DNA from: Lingula anatina
Lineage: Eukaryota > Animalia > Brachiopoda
Length of the DNA: 64,000 bases
Assembly (NCBI GenBank): GCA_051362555.1
Contig: CM120643.1
Span: 13,428,644-13,492,643, forward strand
Direction: 5' to 3'
Shown piece after piece: positions 32,001 through 43,703 of this stretch (position 1 is the first letter of the stretch; each line of letters starts with the position of its first letter). Both the position numbers and the translations under genes were made by a program. The notes beneath the pieces were generated by a model. The model was not told the origin of the DNA. It was given only the letters and a program-made list of their open reading frames with translations, and searched no databases.

Positions 32001-35000
32001 CACACTAGGTATTATCAAAAAGTTTTAACTTTCATTCACAATCAATTTTATATTAAACATATCATTCATTTACAATGTAACATCATAAATTAAAACGATC
32101 AAAATTAATATATTTTATATTTGTGAGCAGGAAATATAACAGAGTCACAATGTGCTGTTTACTATTAGGTAATAGAATTAGGAATCAGTTACATGCCATA
32201 CTTATTACACGCACAACTGAAGAGTTCATTTCCACAATAAAATATTACTGGAGACCTTTTTATGTTGAGAATCAAACCGGAGGGTATAATTTCCAGACGT
32301 TTTACCTTTTGCTGTCACGATGTATGTTATTGACCTGGGGTCTCTCATCTCCAATGCCATTGGTCATAGGCATTCTGTCCACTCCATTCTGAGAACCACT
32401 GCCATCTGGAATTAAACAAATTTCAATTTTTTTTTTTTTTGTCATTGTTCCACAAAAGATGCATCACTCTAAGCTCTAGTTGTTTTTTGAAGTCATATTT
32501 AGGTTTTGTGCAACACAACATTTATTTTTCAAGTTCTTGGCAGCATTACACTTTTCGTTAGCCACTCTGAAACTGTGTCTTGTTTCTCAGCAGATTTTTA
32601 TCCTTTTTTATTTATTTATTTATTTATTTTGTGCCATATCTCCACAATGAGTATTAACCTCTGCATATTTATATTCAACAAAATTAGAAAAACTACGGCG
32701 AATTCTGAAATTCAGAGTACAGACTTGATTTTTTTTTTTTACAACCAGAAGGCTTTGGGAGACTTGCCAACTTGTTCCAGTACCAGCATATGTTAAGAAC
32801 CTGTATTGACATTTCACATTAAATTTGAGAAGCTGAACAATTTTCTGCAAATGAATTTAACACAAAGGCTTGTAAAGAGGTTAATATTAAGACTAGAGTG
32901 GCACCTTCAAGGTCATAAAGGTACATTCAAGTAAAAGGAAGTTGCATGTTACAGCATTACGCCACAGAATCTGTAAATTTTTGGAAGACAAAAAAGGAAC
33001 AAAAAAAAAACCTTTGGAGAAAAAAATTATTCACCTGGCTAAAACAATAAACAATAAAAAAAAATGCAAGAATGCTTACTGATTCTATGATACACTTCCT
33101 CAGTGCAAAACGCTAGTTACTAGTGTGCACTGACTCGGTTTATATTTATGGAACCAAATCATGACCAGTGCTTTATAAATTATGTATACATGGCAACCCC
33201 CTGTTCATAATAAGCAAGTTTCACTTTTGCCAAAGGCAGATATAAGGCATACTTTTACATATATAAAGCAAGAACTGCTGCCCATTTGCACACAGTTTAC
33301 ACATATGATAACAATATGCTGCTCACAACTTTAAAAAGAACAATGGCTTTACATCATTTAAGAGCATTTTTGTTTGCAATCCTAACTGGAATCACCTAAC
33401 CTGTAGACTGCTACAGAGTGAAATGATTTCTCATTATTTATATATATATATATATAAAAACATAAACATCATGGAGGCTTTTTTCAATTTCTTTTAAATT
33501 AACTTTTTTAAAGAAATCTATGTGAACAAATTTTTTTCATCAATCTGTAAAAAATACTTAAATGAGTGTCTCACAGACTAAGTAGTGTAAATAAGACAAG
33601 TGACATAAAGCAGTTGAGGCAACCATCATCATGGGTGGCTTACATACTGAGCTGTATAACAACACACATATATAACTGTTAACAAGAGAGGTCATACCAG
33701 GTGATCATTCCACAATCATTTCCACTTTTCAGATTGAGATTAAGGTGTATGTCTAGCTCCAATGGAAGTTAAGCTAGTGTGAACAGTATTTGTGGAAGAC
33801 ACTGAAACATGAGACTTCCTACACTCATTTCCGTATGCAAAGATCAGCATCTTTTCTCTTAAGGTTTCCTCCTGACAAAATTAGGTAAAAAGCTTCAAAC
33901 AAAAATTATTCAATTCAAAATTATAAGGAATAGAACTTTTCTTACAATCAAGCAGAAATGGATGTCAAAATACCAAGCCACGGATTTTTAAAACATTTAA
34001 AAAGTCAACATCTCCTGGTGTAAATTTCCAGGAACTCAGTGAATGAGATTTCGCTGAATTTTAGAATACTTTTACAGTGGAAGAATAAACTGAATTTATA
34101 AACAACTAGGTCTAACAATCTCTGTTAAAGGATATAATTTTCAGTTTTGTTTGGATAAAGAGACCAATTCCTGTGCTTATGTTTGTCTTAACTGAGTTAA
34201 CTCTGCATTTGTGGTTGTTTCCTTAATTATAAGTTGATTATTTATTGTACCTAAAGTTAACACAAATATTCTTTCTGTCAGTTTCTGGACAACAGCATTG
34301 TCACGAAGGACAATTTTGATAAAGACATTTGATCATCGGTGGAGAGTTGTAAAAACTGAAAATCCTGAAAATGTAGCTTACAATTTATCATCACTTTTTT
34401 TGCCATATGAAAAAAATATATGAAAATGAAGACTGATTATCCTGAAATCAGTATGATCCTGTTACCTTTAACCCATGCCCAAGATTCATGGTACATATGC
34501 ACTTCATATTGCTTAGTAAAAACTACTGCACCAAGGATTTACACTTACCCAAGTGTCTAATTCATGACCCAAATACCTGTGGTTTGTTTTTTTAAGTACC
34601 AATTTGCTTTCATCTCATTTGTAATGAACATTCAAATGCATTTATCTCAATCTTGGTCAATGCCATTTAATTTAAATTAAATTTATTGAAACATTAATAT
34701 ATTGCTGTTTACCAATCCAACGAAAGTATTTTCTCATTCTTGTTTCATATAACGTACTTGCTGTGGACATAAAAGCGGACTCAGCAAAATGTGAACAGAA
34801 TGGAATAAATATTACATTAATTCAATTGGTCTAAGAAAGAATTTTTTTCATCCAGACAACAGAAAGTCTGTAACATTACCATGTTCAAATGAATGTAGAT
34901 AACCTATATTCTTGGCTATAAAATTTCAACAGTGGAAAATGTTCAAAAAGAATTCATTTTGTCTTAGGAAAAGTAGTTGACATCATTCCACATGTAAATG

Positions 35001-35861
35001 GTTTCCAACTGTGTAAATGCATTTTTCTTAACTGCTTAATTTATATGTATTGATGACATTTATAATAAATCCTTCTCTTCCCTTCTTACTCTACTTAAAA
35101 GAGAAGTGACTGATTTGAAAACAGTCCACAATATTGCAAAAATGTTTACACATTTCATTTTTTAAATGAAAAATAGATTTCCTTTCATATCTTTCACAAA
35201 TTTATAATTTTTATAATCTGTACTTAGTGAGTGACAATTTTGCTTAATATTCAAGTCTGGCTCCATGTTCACAGATAATGTCCATTTGAAATGCTTCACA
35301 CTAGGCCCATGAATAATCAACTAATTTGTAAAACATAATTATTACTACACTTCAAATCAAACAGGTGTGCCTTAAGGCATATCTATTCAAAATACCATTT
35401 ATGAGACGAAATAAAGCAGTGTATTAATCCATTTTTCGGACTTAAAACATTTTCTTATTCTCAGGCCACTAACACAATGAAAATACATGCCTGCAGCCGG
35501 CTGCGCCACGGGTCCATCAGCTGATTGGGGCTGGAAAGAAAAGTACGCAATTTCATACATTTATATCCCCAGTTTAATTCATACCTCTGCCAGACTTACA
35601 GTTCAAGTATTCTTAATTAAAACAACGCTGCGTCAATTAGTTCCGTTCGTTACGAACCCCATCCCTTCGACGGGACTTAGAAATTTTCGGCCATTTTTTC
35701 CGTTCGTCAGGAAATTAGAGATTTTCAAATAATGAAACATCCACATAGTTGACTATGATCTAACACATTTACACTCTCTAATTAAAGATCAGCAATAAAT
35801 CAATGAATTATTAGCTCACCTTGACTGGTTGAGCCCCTAGATCACCGCTACCGCCTTCCAT
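23069..35861 (-). CDS. TOP1: DNA topoisomerase I (type IB), about 20 exons, complete
   Basis: ATG at 35861 ([14 protein letters not shown]), K/E/D/H-rich N-terminus, [64 protein letters not shown], catalytic SKLNYLDPR, ends [19 protein letters not shown] (stop 23069-23071). Confidence 0.98.
26612..26685 (-). ncRNA. C/D box snoRNA, SNORD104/snR58-like (copy 1), in a TOP1 intron
   Basis: 8-bp terminal stem CTGTCTCA/TGAGACAG, C-like ATGATGT, guide ACATGTTAGACT, D' CTGA, C'-like GTGTTGA, D CTGA. Guide is complementary to LSU rRNA AGUCUAACAUGU; TGTTAGACTGCTGA matches my recollection of SNORD104. Confidence 0.85.
27125..27194 (-). ncRNA. C/D box snoRNA, SNORD104/snR58-like (copy 2), in the adjacent TOP1 intron
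   Basis: TCTCA/TGAGA stem, ATGATGT, guide ACATGTTAGGCT, D' CTGA, C'-like ATGATAA, D CTGA. Boxes and guide are conserved with copy 1 while spacers differ. Confidence 0.8.
28706..29051. mobile_element. TTAA-target MITE (Kolobok-like termini), copy 1
   Basis: TTAA | AGGGATAATAACTCTT ... AAGAGTTATTATCCCT | TTAA, perfect 16-bp TIR. Confidence 0.88.
31420..31790 (-). repeat. Coding low-complexity repeats in the TOP1 N-terminus (KDKHRE 18-bp units, SSSSK[PT]K units)
   Basis: Plus-strand ccctgtg.ttgtcctt.t repeated across about 31625-31790; explains the spurious (LS)n ORFs on the plus strand. Confidence 0.85.
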
Positions 35862-36000
35862 TTTTAGAAGAATTTTCACTAATCGTCAGTATGGCGGCCA
35901 CTGGTGAAATAGACAAAGTCCCGATTTTACCTCATTTGCCATGCGCGGAATGCCCGGATGAATATGATAATTAGGCCTATGACGTCACGCATTGACGTGC
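35862..36000 (-). promoter_or_regulatory. TOP1 proximal promoter
   Basis: CpG-rich patch; ATGGCGGC at 35891, TGACGTCA at 35980-35987 and a second TGACGT at about 35993. Confidence 0.65.
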
Positions 36001-37663
36001 AACAGGTGCCCGTCTTCGCTAACACAATGAGCAATGGAATGTGTGCTTTAGCATTCACAACGTGGTGGATATTTAAAATAACTTTATTTGTCATATAAAA
36101 AGACGAACAATTTCAAAAACAATGAGTGGCAATTATAATTACATTACACTTTCTTATTATACTCACGTGCCCAACATTTTTTATGAAACAGATTTCAACT
36201 TCAGCTTCCAAATATTTCAAAGTATTAATGAATACTGTATGAATACAAGCACTAGTTTATAAAAGCTTATCTTGTTTCTTTAAATGTCTTAACCTCGTGC
36301 TTATAACAGCCAGGCTTCTTTATTTTTTCAACTTTCTAGAAAATCATCATTCAATAAAGATTTAATAACTTCCCAAATTAGTTCTTACAGTTTCTTGCTG
36401 CAGAAAAGACGAATCGAGCATTTGATGTTTGCATTCAATACCACTTTGAAATACTCCCAATCACTCAAAGGCTGATTTCTACCAGGCATTGTGACAGCAA
36501 CTGGCTAACTTATTAACTTTCTTTCAAATTTCTTTAAAGCTTTTTAATATAATGAAAAAAGTGGACATACTTCTTGATATTAAACTATTGGCATAAAGAT
36601 AAAAAAACTAATTTCTAAGAAGACAAATCTTTGCAATTTAAAAAAAGACATTGAAAACCTGCAAAGATAGAAGTCTGCAGATATGTTTATGAGAATTGAA
36701 GTCCACATAACTTAATGATAGATATAAAAAATAAGAACTATAATTAGTGAACTCACACTATATTAATGTCAACTTAAGTTGATGAAAATTATAGTTTGGC
36801 AGAATAGAGATAAAGAAAATTGAATGGTAATTTCCCATCTTATCAATGTTGTGACTTCAACTTCTGCTCAATTCCAACATAACTTGGACTTGACTCAATC
36901 AAAACCTTGTACAGTAGCAAGCCTAGTATATATAATCAGTATTTCAAAAAAAAAAAAAAAAAAATAATAATAATAATAAATAAATAATCATAATAATAAA
37001 ATAAAAAAAAAATCAAGTTCTGTGACATATAATAAATTAGTTAGTATTAGCAGTCATATTAACATTCAAAAAGCTTTCGACCCAATCCCAAAGCAGCCTT
37101 GACTGATAAATGTACGAACTAAGATTTCAGTGAACTCTCTCTCGTGTTACAGGTGTTGTATTACAGGCAATTCCAGTTGCATAACCTGGACAGCTGCTAC
37201 ACAACAATAATTCTTATAAGAGAGTAAAGTGATCCAAGAAAAAAACTCAGTGGTTCTTTGTTTAGAGGTAACAACAGGAATTCTACTTACAAAAGAACAA
37301 CCTTAAAACATCAAGATCTATCATGCTACATTGACAACAGAGTGGACTTCTATTTCAATCTCCACTTCATTTTTAAACAAGTGACATACATATCAGACCA
37401 TCCTTTAATAACAGTCACTTTTCATTCAATCTTGCACACATGTCAGAACCAAATTAATTTACACAAAGTCATCCAACTTCACTAAATCCTGTCTCTGGGG
37501 ATGCTACATGCCATCACCTCGATCTCTTTGCAGGAAGTGTCTTATTCCAATTTCCTCATTTACACTAAGAGTTCCTTTCCCTCCACTTTGTTTCACAATT
37601 AATTTTGTTAATACATATTTATATATTTATAAGGTCTTCATATGAAGAAGTCTGTAAGTAACA

Positions 37664-38298
37664 CTATACCCTTGGGGTGGGTTGAACATGCATGTCTGCG
37701 TTTTCTCTAATCCAAGGGTGCGTTAATACTTCGTTCAGAGGCAATCTTTTTTGCGGGTCATGGCGAAGGAGCTGCAAAAAGAAGAGTGCACATTTAGAAA
37801 ATAGCAAACTACGACATCAGTTTATACCAGCTGCATACTGGAGATAGTTGACTAAAATCTTGAAATTTGGGAAATGACTGAAAATCATTGACCATTAATC
37901 TTATGATGTTTAATGAACTCAAACAAACAAAAAAAGAAAGTACTTCCAGGCTTTTCAACTTACTTTTGATATTAAATCTCTAGCCCCATCAGAGACATGG
38001 GACGGGAACCGGAGTTCAACCTTGGATATCCTACGGTATGTCTCTGTGTGTCCCTCAGCCTCGAACGGAGGCTTGCCGACCAGAAACTCGTAGCAAAGCA
38101 CACCCAAACTCCAAAGGTCTACTTTCTCGTCATGCATCTTTCCTTCTATCATCTCAGGAGGAAGGTAATCCAGCGTTCCACAGAGTGTAGCACGCCTATA
38201 AACAAATCAAATGGGAATATGATCACATATTGGGACATTGCCAGTGATAGGATCACTGGACAAAAACTTCAAAGGATTCCAGTGGACACATTTTCAAG

Positions 38299-38362
<64 letters not shown>

Positions 38363-39475
38363 CAAATGATCAGTACACAGGTAAAATCATTGGATCATTT
38401 TTTTCTTTTGTATCAGAAAAACTGGTCCATATCTGCTTTCAAAAAAGTTGCTAACACACAGGTCAATTGCGAACATTGAAACCGTCATTTTAAACTAGAG
38501 GGATGAAAGCTAGTCCACAGTATTGTACCAAAAGTAATTCACAAGTATGGTTACTAGTATGAAACACACTTGTAAATATCTGCATCTAAATATATTTAAG
38601 AGTGCCTTAGGTTATTTTTCAGAAATGAATCCTCAGTCTCTAACCCAGTGATGTGTAACGGCATAGAGATTATAATGCTTGAAGAGAGGATGCAAACTGA
38701 CCCCCACATTCAAAATCTATTTCAAAACCTATGGATGGGCTTACCTGGATGATGGTGCATGCACTGACCAGCCAAAATCTGCTATTTTTAGGTCTCCTTT
38801 GAGGCCCAGTAGAAGGTTTTCTGGTTTGATGTCCCTGTGGATCACTTTCTTGGCATGACAGTACCTCAAGGCATCTGCTAGCTGGCTTATATACTGGAAA
38901 GAAAAAGAATTTACAAGATGACAATGAAGATTATATGAAGGACAACCATGCTATTTAATGAGGAAATGTTATTCTGGTACACACGTGGATGCACACACAC
39001 CAGGTTGGCACTGGGATGTTTATTCCTTTAAAAAAAAAAAAAAGCTAAGGATGATATATTTCGTATTTTAGAAAATTTGAAAATTATTAACATCATACAG
39101 AAATGAGTGAAAATTCACAAAAAAGAAAAAATATATATATATTTCCCAGTAATGAATTTTACACATTGCATCTACTTACAGTTGCTGTTCTTTTATCATC
39201 AAATCTCTGATTTTTCTGTAGTTCTTTGTAGAGCTCTCCTCTTGGTGCATACTCAAGGATAAGGTAGACTCTGGTTTCATCATAGAAATACCCATATAAC
39301 CGCAATATGTTGATGTGTCTGGAAAGACAAAGCAGTAATTTTAGGCATGTACTTTATCTCTCTTATTTTTATATGGTATTTATTCTAAAATTTTAACACT
39401 TCAATTAGAACAATACCTTATAATTGCAAGAATTTTTATTTTTTAAATTTCTCAAAAAAATAAATAAATAAATGA

Positions 39476-39506
<31 letters not shown>

Positions 39507-42500
39507 AATTAAAAAAAAAAGCATGATATGAATGAATTTGAATTTAGCATTTCTTAAAATCACATTTTCATATACGTAATGAGCAAAAAAAAAAAAAAAA
39601 AAATTCCAGGGTTCAGGACATAAAAGCTGATGATAACACAAGTGTGTTGGAAAAAAGAGAAGGTGTGTCATTCAGTTAAGCTGACTGCACTCAGCAGGAG
39701 TCCCCACAGAGCCAGATCGACCTACATAGACCAATGGTGTCTATGGGAATGGGATCTAAGCTCAAATACCTCAAGTGGGACTGAATTTCAATCTCCCTCC
39801 TTAGCTGATGTTCAACTCCTGCCTTTTGGAGCTGGGATTTAAATAAAACCTGAAAGGGGAAAAACAAAGGATGAATATCTAAAATTAATAACACAATAGT
39901 GCAAGCCAAGACATACTATGACCATATATCCATCTTTCTTCATTTCATTAACCATAAATTTATACGATGGATTCACTTTTTGTCTTTTTCCCACTTAATA
40001 ATAGACTGTATTCAAGTCTTTTTCAGATAAATCTGTTTTTACTTTTGTTTCTTAAATCAAATGTAACTGTACTATGTTACATGTTCTTTAAAAAACAAAG
40101 TTACAGGCCTAAACTTGCATTACATTCAGAGTAAAAATTTCTGCAACAGGAAAATAATATGACAACTTTCCCTTCCATTATATCTACTGCTTTTCCCATT
40201 TCAACCTAGTACTTACTTTTAATGCCACAATAAATTTGCTTTTCTTCTCTCGAGCCAAGTAAACATTGCCAAATTTTCCTTTGCCAAGTGGGCGTCCTAT
40301 GTCAAAGTCAGCAAGTGCCCACTTTTTTCCTCTGAAAAAAGACATGAAACTTAAGTTTATAAAGACAGACATTCTTTCCGCAGTTTAAGAAATATCTTCA
40401 TTTCAAATTATAATTTTTAAGAAAAATAATAATATATAAACAAATTCTATTGTAAAAATTAGTAAGAAAACATATTTTGCTGATAGAACATATGGAAGAT
40501 GGAAACAGCACAGGTTCAATAATTTTGAGTTTTAAAATGGTCAAATTGAAAGGGGGGGGGGGTCATGTCAATGAAATAGAGGAGGTTGGAGCCAGATCGA
40601 AAAAAATCAATAAAAACTTGTAAATATCATTTCATCGAGTACAAACTATTCACTTTTTTACCTTACAAAAACATGACACGGCATCCTTTTTTTGACTAAT
40701 CCTAGATAACAATCCCCACTCACCCCTCCTGTTTACTGGACTCCCCTTGGGCAGCTGGTTTCTGCTGTACATTCTGTGGCACAGTTCTCAGCACTCTCTT
40801 GGGTTCCATGTCAGGAACGGAATTTGTCTGGAAGAGAAGTTGGGAAGATAATAAAAGACAGAGCAGACATTCAAAAAGTATGTAGTCCAGATACATCCAA
40901 CACTACTTGAAAAATTAATGGAATGTATTTATTTTGCATTTTCCATGAAAATTAAGGTTTGACTGTCATTGAATGTTTGGATTATGTCAAAAACTATGCC
41001 CTAATTCCTATATAACAGTACACTGGACAAGACAGGTTTAAAAGTGTATTACATAACATAACAAGACATGCAATCAAACAGTCTACTTCCTAGAAATATC
41101 TCCCAAATTAACTTTTTAAAAATTTTCAATAGTAAAACCTATTCTTGAAGCAGACTTCATCAAATCTCATTTGGTCCTAGCTCATGCAGCTGGCACGGTC
41201 ATGCTAGCACGTGGTGACAGTCTGCGCGGGATGTCCCCCAGGGCCTTGTCCCACAGGTGTTGATAGTTGCCACTGTTGATATCTCAGGTCAAGTGGGCTG
41301 TTCAATCCCCTCCTGAGTAACCCACGCAAACTGTCACAACGTGACACTGACACCAGTGACAACCCAACCTCAGTTCACCCAAAGAAGGCTGTGTGATACT
41401 GTAAGGTCAAAATACTGTGACTTCTGCTTCAAAACATGAGATTTAGTATGAGAACCAATTTCAACTCCATCTACAAATTAATAAATAACCGGTTGAATCA
41501 AAACATTAAAGAGATAACAACTGTTTGTATAATATCCAGATTTCACAATAAATACATTGTAAACAATTCATAGAAATATAATAAATTCTATTTTACCACC
41601 ATAACGGCAGTTAGTGCAATTACTCTGGAACCTTTGCTTGCCATCACATCATGTGACCTCCATAGATGGCTACATTGGGATGGATTCATTAACCATTGAA
41701 AAGAACAGGAAAATTGTCCTTTAACCCAGGAAAATCCTTTTTTTTTTTTTTGGCCAAAATGAACAGTTGTTATCCCTTTAACAATTTTTCTTTTACTTCT
41801 GCCTAAATGAAAGCAACTCATCGATATTCACCTTCACAGTATGAGTTGTATTCTCTTTCCCATCAAAACGAGGTCTAATCTGTAACAAGGATTTCAAAAA
41901 TATCATGCAAACAAACTTCCACATGCAGGTATAGCATCATGTTCACACAAGGCACAAAACGGACCAAATCTCATTTGGTCCTAGTAACAATTCTTTACTG
42001 TGAGTCCTTAAGTTAAGATAACCCCTCTCTTCTCGACATAAACAGGACCATTTCCAATACACATTTGATTCATCTGAGCTTTGTGTGAACAGGTGCTATC
42101 AGTGATTAGTATTATTTTCACGTGCAATTTACAACAATTTACTAAAATGGCAAACAGACATGAACAATTTCAACACAAATATCAGTAATTATTCAAAGGT
42201 CTAAATGCAAAATGAGCTAGTACAAAAGGGATACTAGTATATAACAACAGCTTTTGCCTGCCACAGTACGGGTGGGTGTTCATAATAGAGGCATCTGAGA
42301 ACAACTCAAATATCATGAGGATGCTGTTTATGAATATATGTACATTTCCTCACTTTGTGAAAATACTGTTTCATCTTCACAAAATATGAAAATTGATTAT
42401 CATTTTTTCTGGTACCATTTTTTGTTCATGTTCTGTTTATTGCCACATATATTTATCAAGTAAAAATTAGTTTAAAACCAACCAGTGAACGAAGGATGTG

Positions 42501-42822
42501 CAAAATCAACAGTGTTCAATAAATGTGATAATGTGAATTAATGTGAAGATATCTGTGAAGCCAAACAAGGAGTTTGATTATAAGACAGAAGCATTGTCAA
42601 CAAATTGCAATTTTCAAATAAATCTCTTCAACAATTACAATGTTATAAAGTGGAAAGAAACTGAAGAAAAACAGATTCCTCTGTAAAGAAAATAATACTC
42701 CAGAAAGTGCAGCAGTGTTGGCAGCCCTTCAAATGCATTAAATCTAATAATATTTACATAAATTGCCTCTTAAGTTCTGATTCATCTAAATGTCAACATT
42801 CAAAACCTACCGGCGCAGCCAT
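37664..42822 (-). CDS. AURKA: Aurora kinase, Aurora-A-like, 9 coding exons plus a probable non-coding first exon ending at 43334
   Basis: Exons 42811-42822, 41832-41879, 40724-40827, 40217-40331, 39769-39848, 39180-39318, 38745-38893, 37964-38195, 37664-37771. Motifs [77 protein letters not shown]. The A versus B assignment rests on the G in RLYGYF. Confidence 0.93.
38299..38360. repeat. (TAA)n microsatellite
   Basis: Perfect trinucleotide run in an Aurora intron. Other simple repeats: (GA)n near 2664, (TA)n near 7205, poly-T 18060-18102, (GT)n near 55850, (CA)n near 59080. Confidence 0.95.
41506..41781. mobile_element. TTAA-target MITE, copy 2 (inverted, internally shorter)
   Basis: TTAA | AGAGATAACAACTGTT ... 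AACAGTTGTTATCCCT | TTAA; interior matches the reverse complement of copy 1. Confidence 0.85.
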
Positions 42823-43333
42823 GATCAAGCTTCTATAATTCTAGCAACCACACCACTCTTGAACTCCACTCAACATCAAACCCTGCCATTAAATACCATT
42901 TAATAGACATCATTAGTTCAAACAGTGATTGATTATACATAATTATTTTCTCAAGTAAAGATAGGTTTGAAACAAACAGGGATACGATCATTTGATCTCA
43001 ATCAGTTAAGCGAGCAACCAGTCTCACTCTTAAATCATTTAACATTTAAAAAGCTCTCTTGTAAACCTGATCAATATGAAATTTGAAAAATTAATTCAAT
43101 ATCAAAGTTGGACACTGACACAGCAGATTAAAGGAATTCTAAATTAAGCCAAAACAACTGAAATTTCAGCCTGTTCACGTTATTTTCTCAAAAATTATTC
43201 AGGCAGACACTTCGATCATAGATTATATTCCAAAATCCTCCTGTAAAAACTGGTCTTCTGTATAATTCCAAATCAATCGCCAAATTATTTAACCGTTCTT
43301 GAAATCAACTGATAAACATCTCGTTTTACCCAC

Positions 43334-43703
43334 CTGCAAGGGCTAAAGAAACATGTAGCTTGTCACTTTCACAGTTCTTGTTGTGCGATTTTGTCGTGCA
43401 ACTTTTGAGCAGTTTAAATTTCGTGTCTAAGCTATTCATTGGACAGCCTGGAGACGTCGTACTTCCTATTTATTTTCTTATGCTGGTTTTGATTGGCTAT
43501 TGGCGCAGACCGAAAACGGAAGTGGGGAGCGTGGTGTAACCAAAACAATCCTATTTTGGTGCTGACCACTGCATATTATATAGAAAGAATCGCTGACTGT
43601 TCAGCAATATTTACAACGTTGCTTCGACGTTTGGTCAATATAAGTGTCTGGATCGAAATATCCATATCGTTTAGCTGAGAAACTTTGCAAAAACAACACA
43701 AAA
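43334..43703. promoter_or_regulatory. Bidirectional promoter Aurora / intronless gene, with cell-cycle-type motifs
   Basis: CHR-like TTTAAA 43413-43418, CCAAT boxes (ATTGG at 43438, 43492, 43499), GACGTC near 43453, ETS cores ACTTCC 43461 and CGGAAGTG 43517. Confidence 0.6.

Noticed and set aside
43644-43703. 736-aa start given in the ORF track
   Set aside because: It begins at GTG; the first ATG with A at -3 is 43704.
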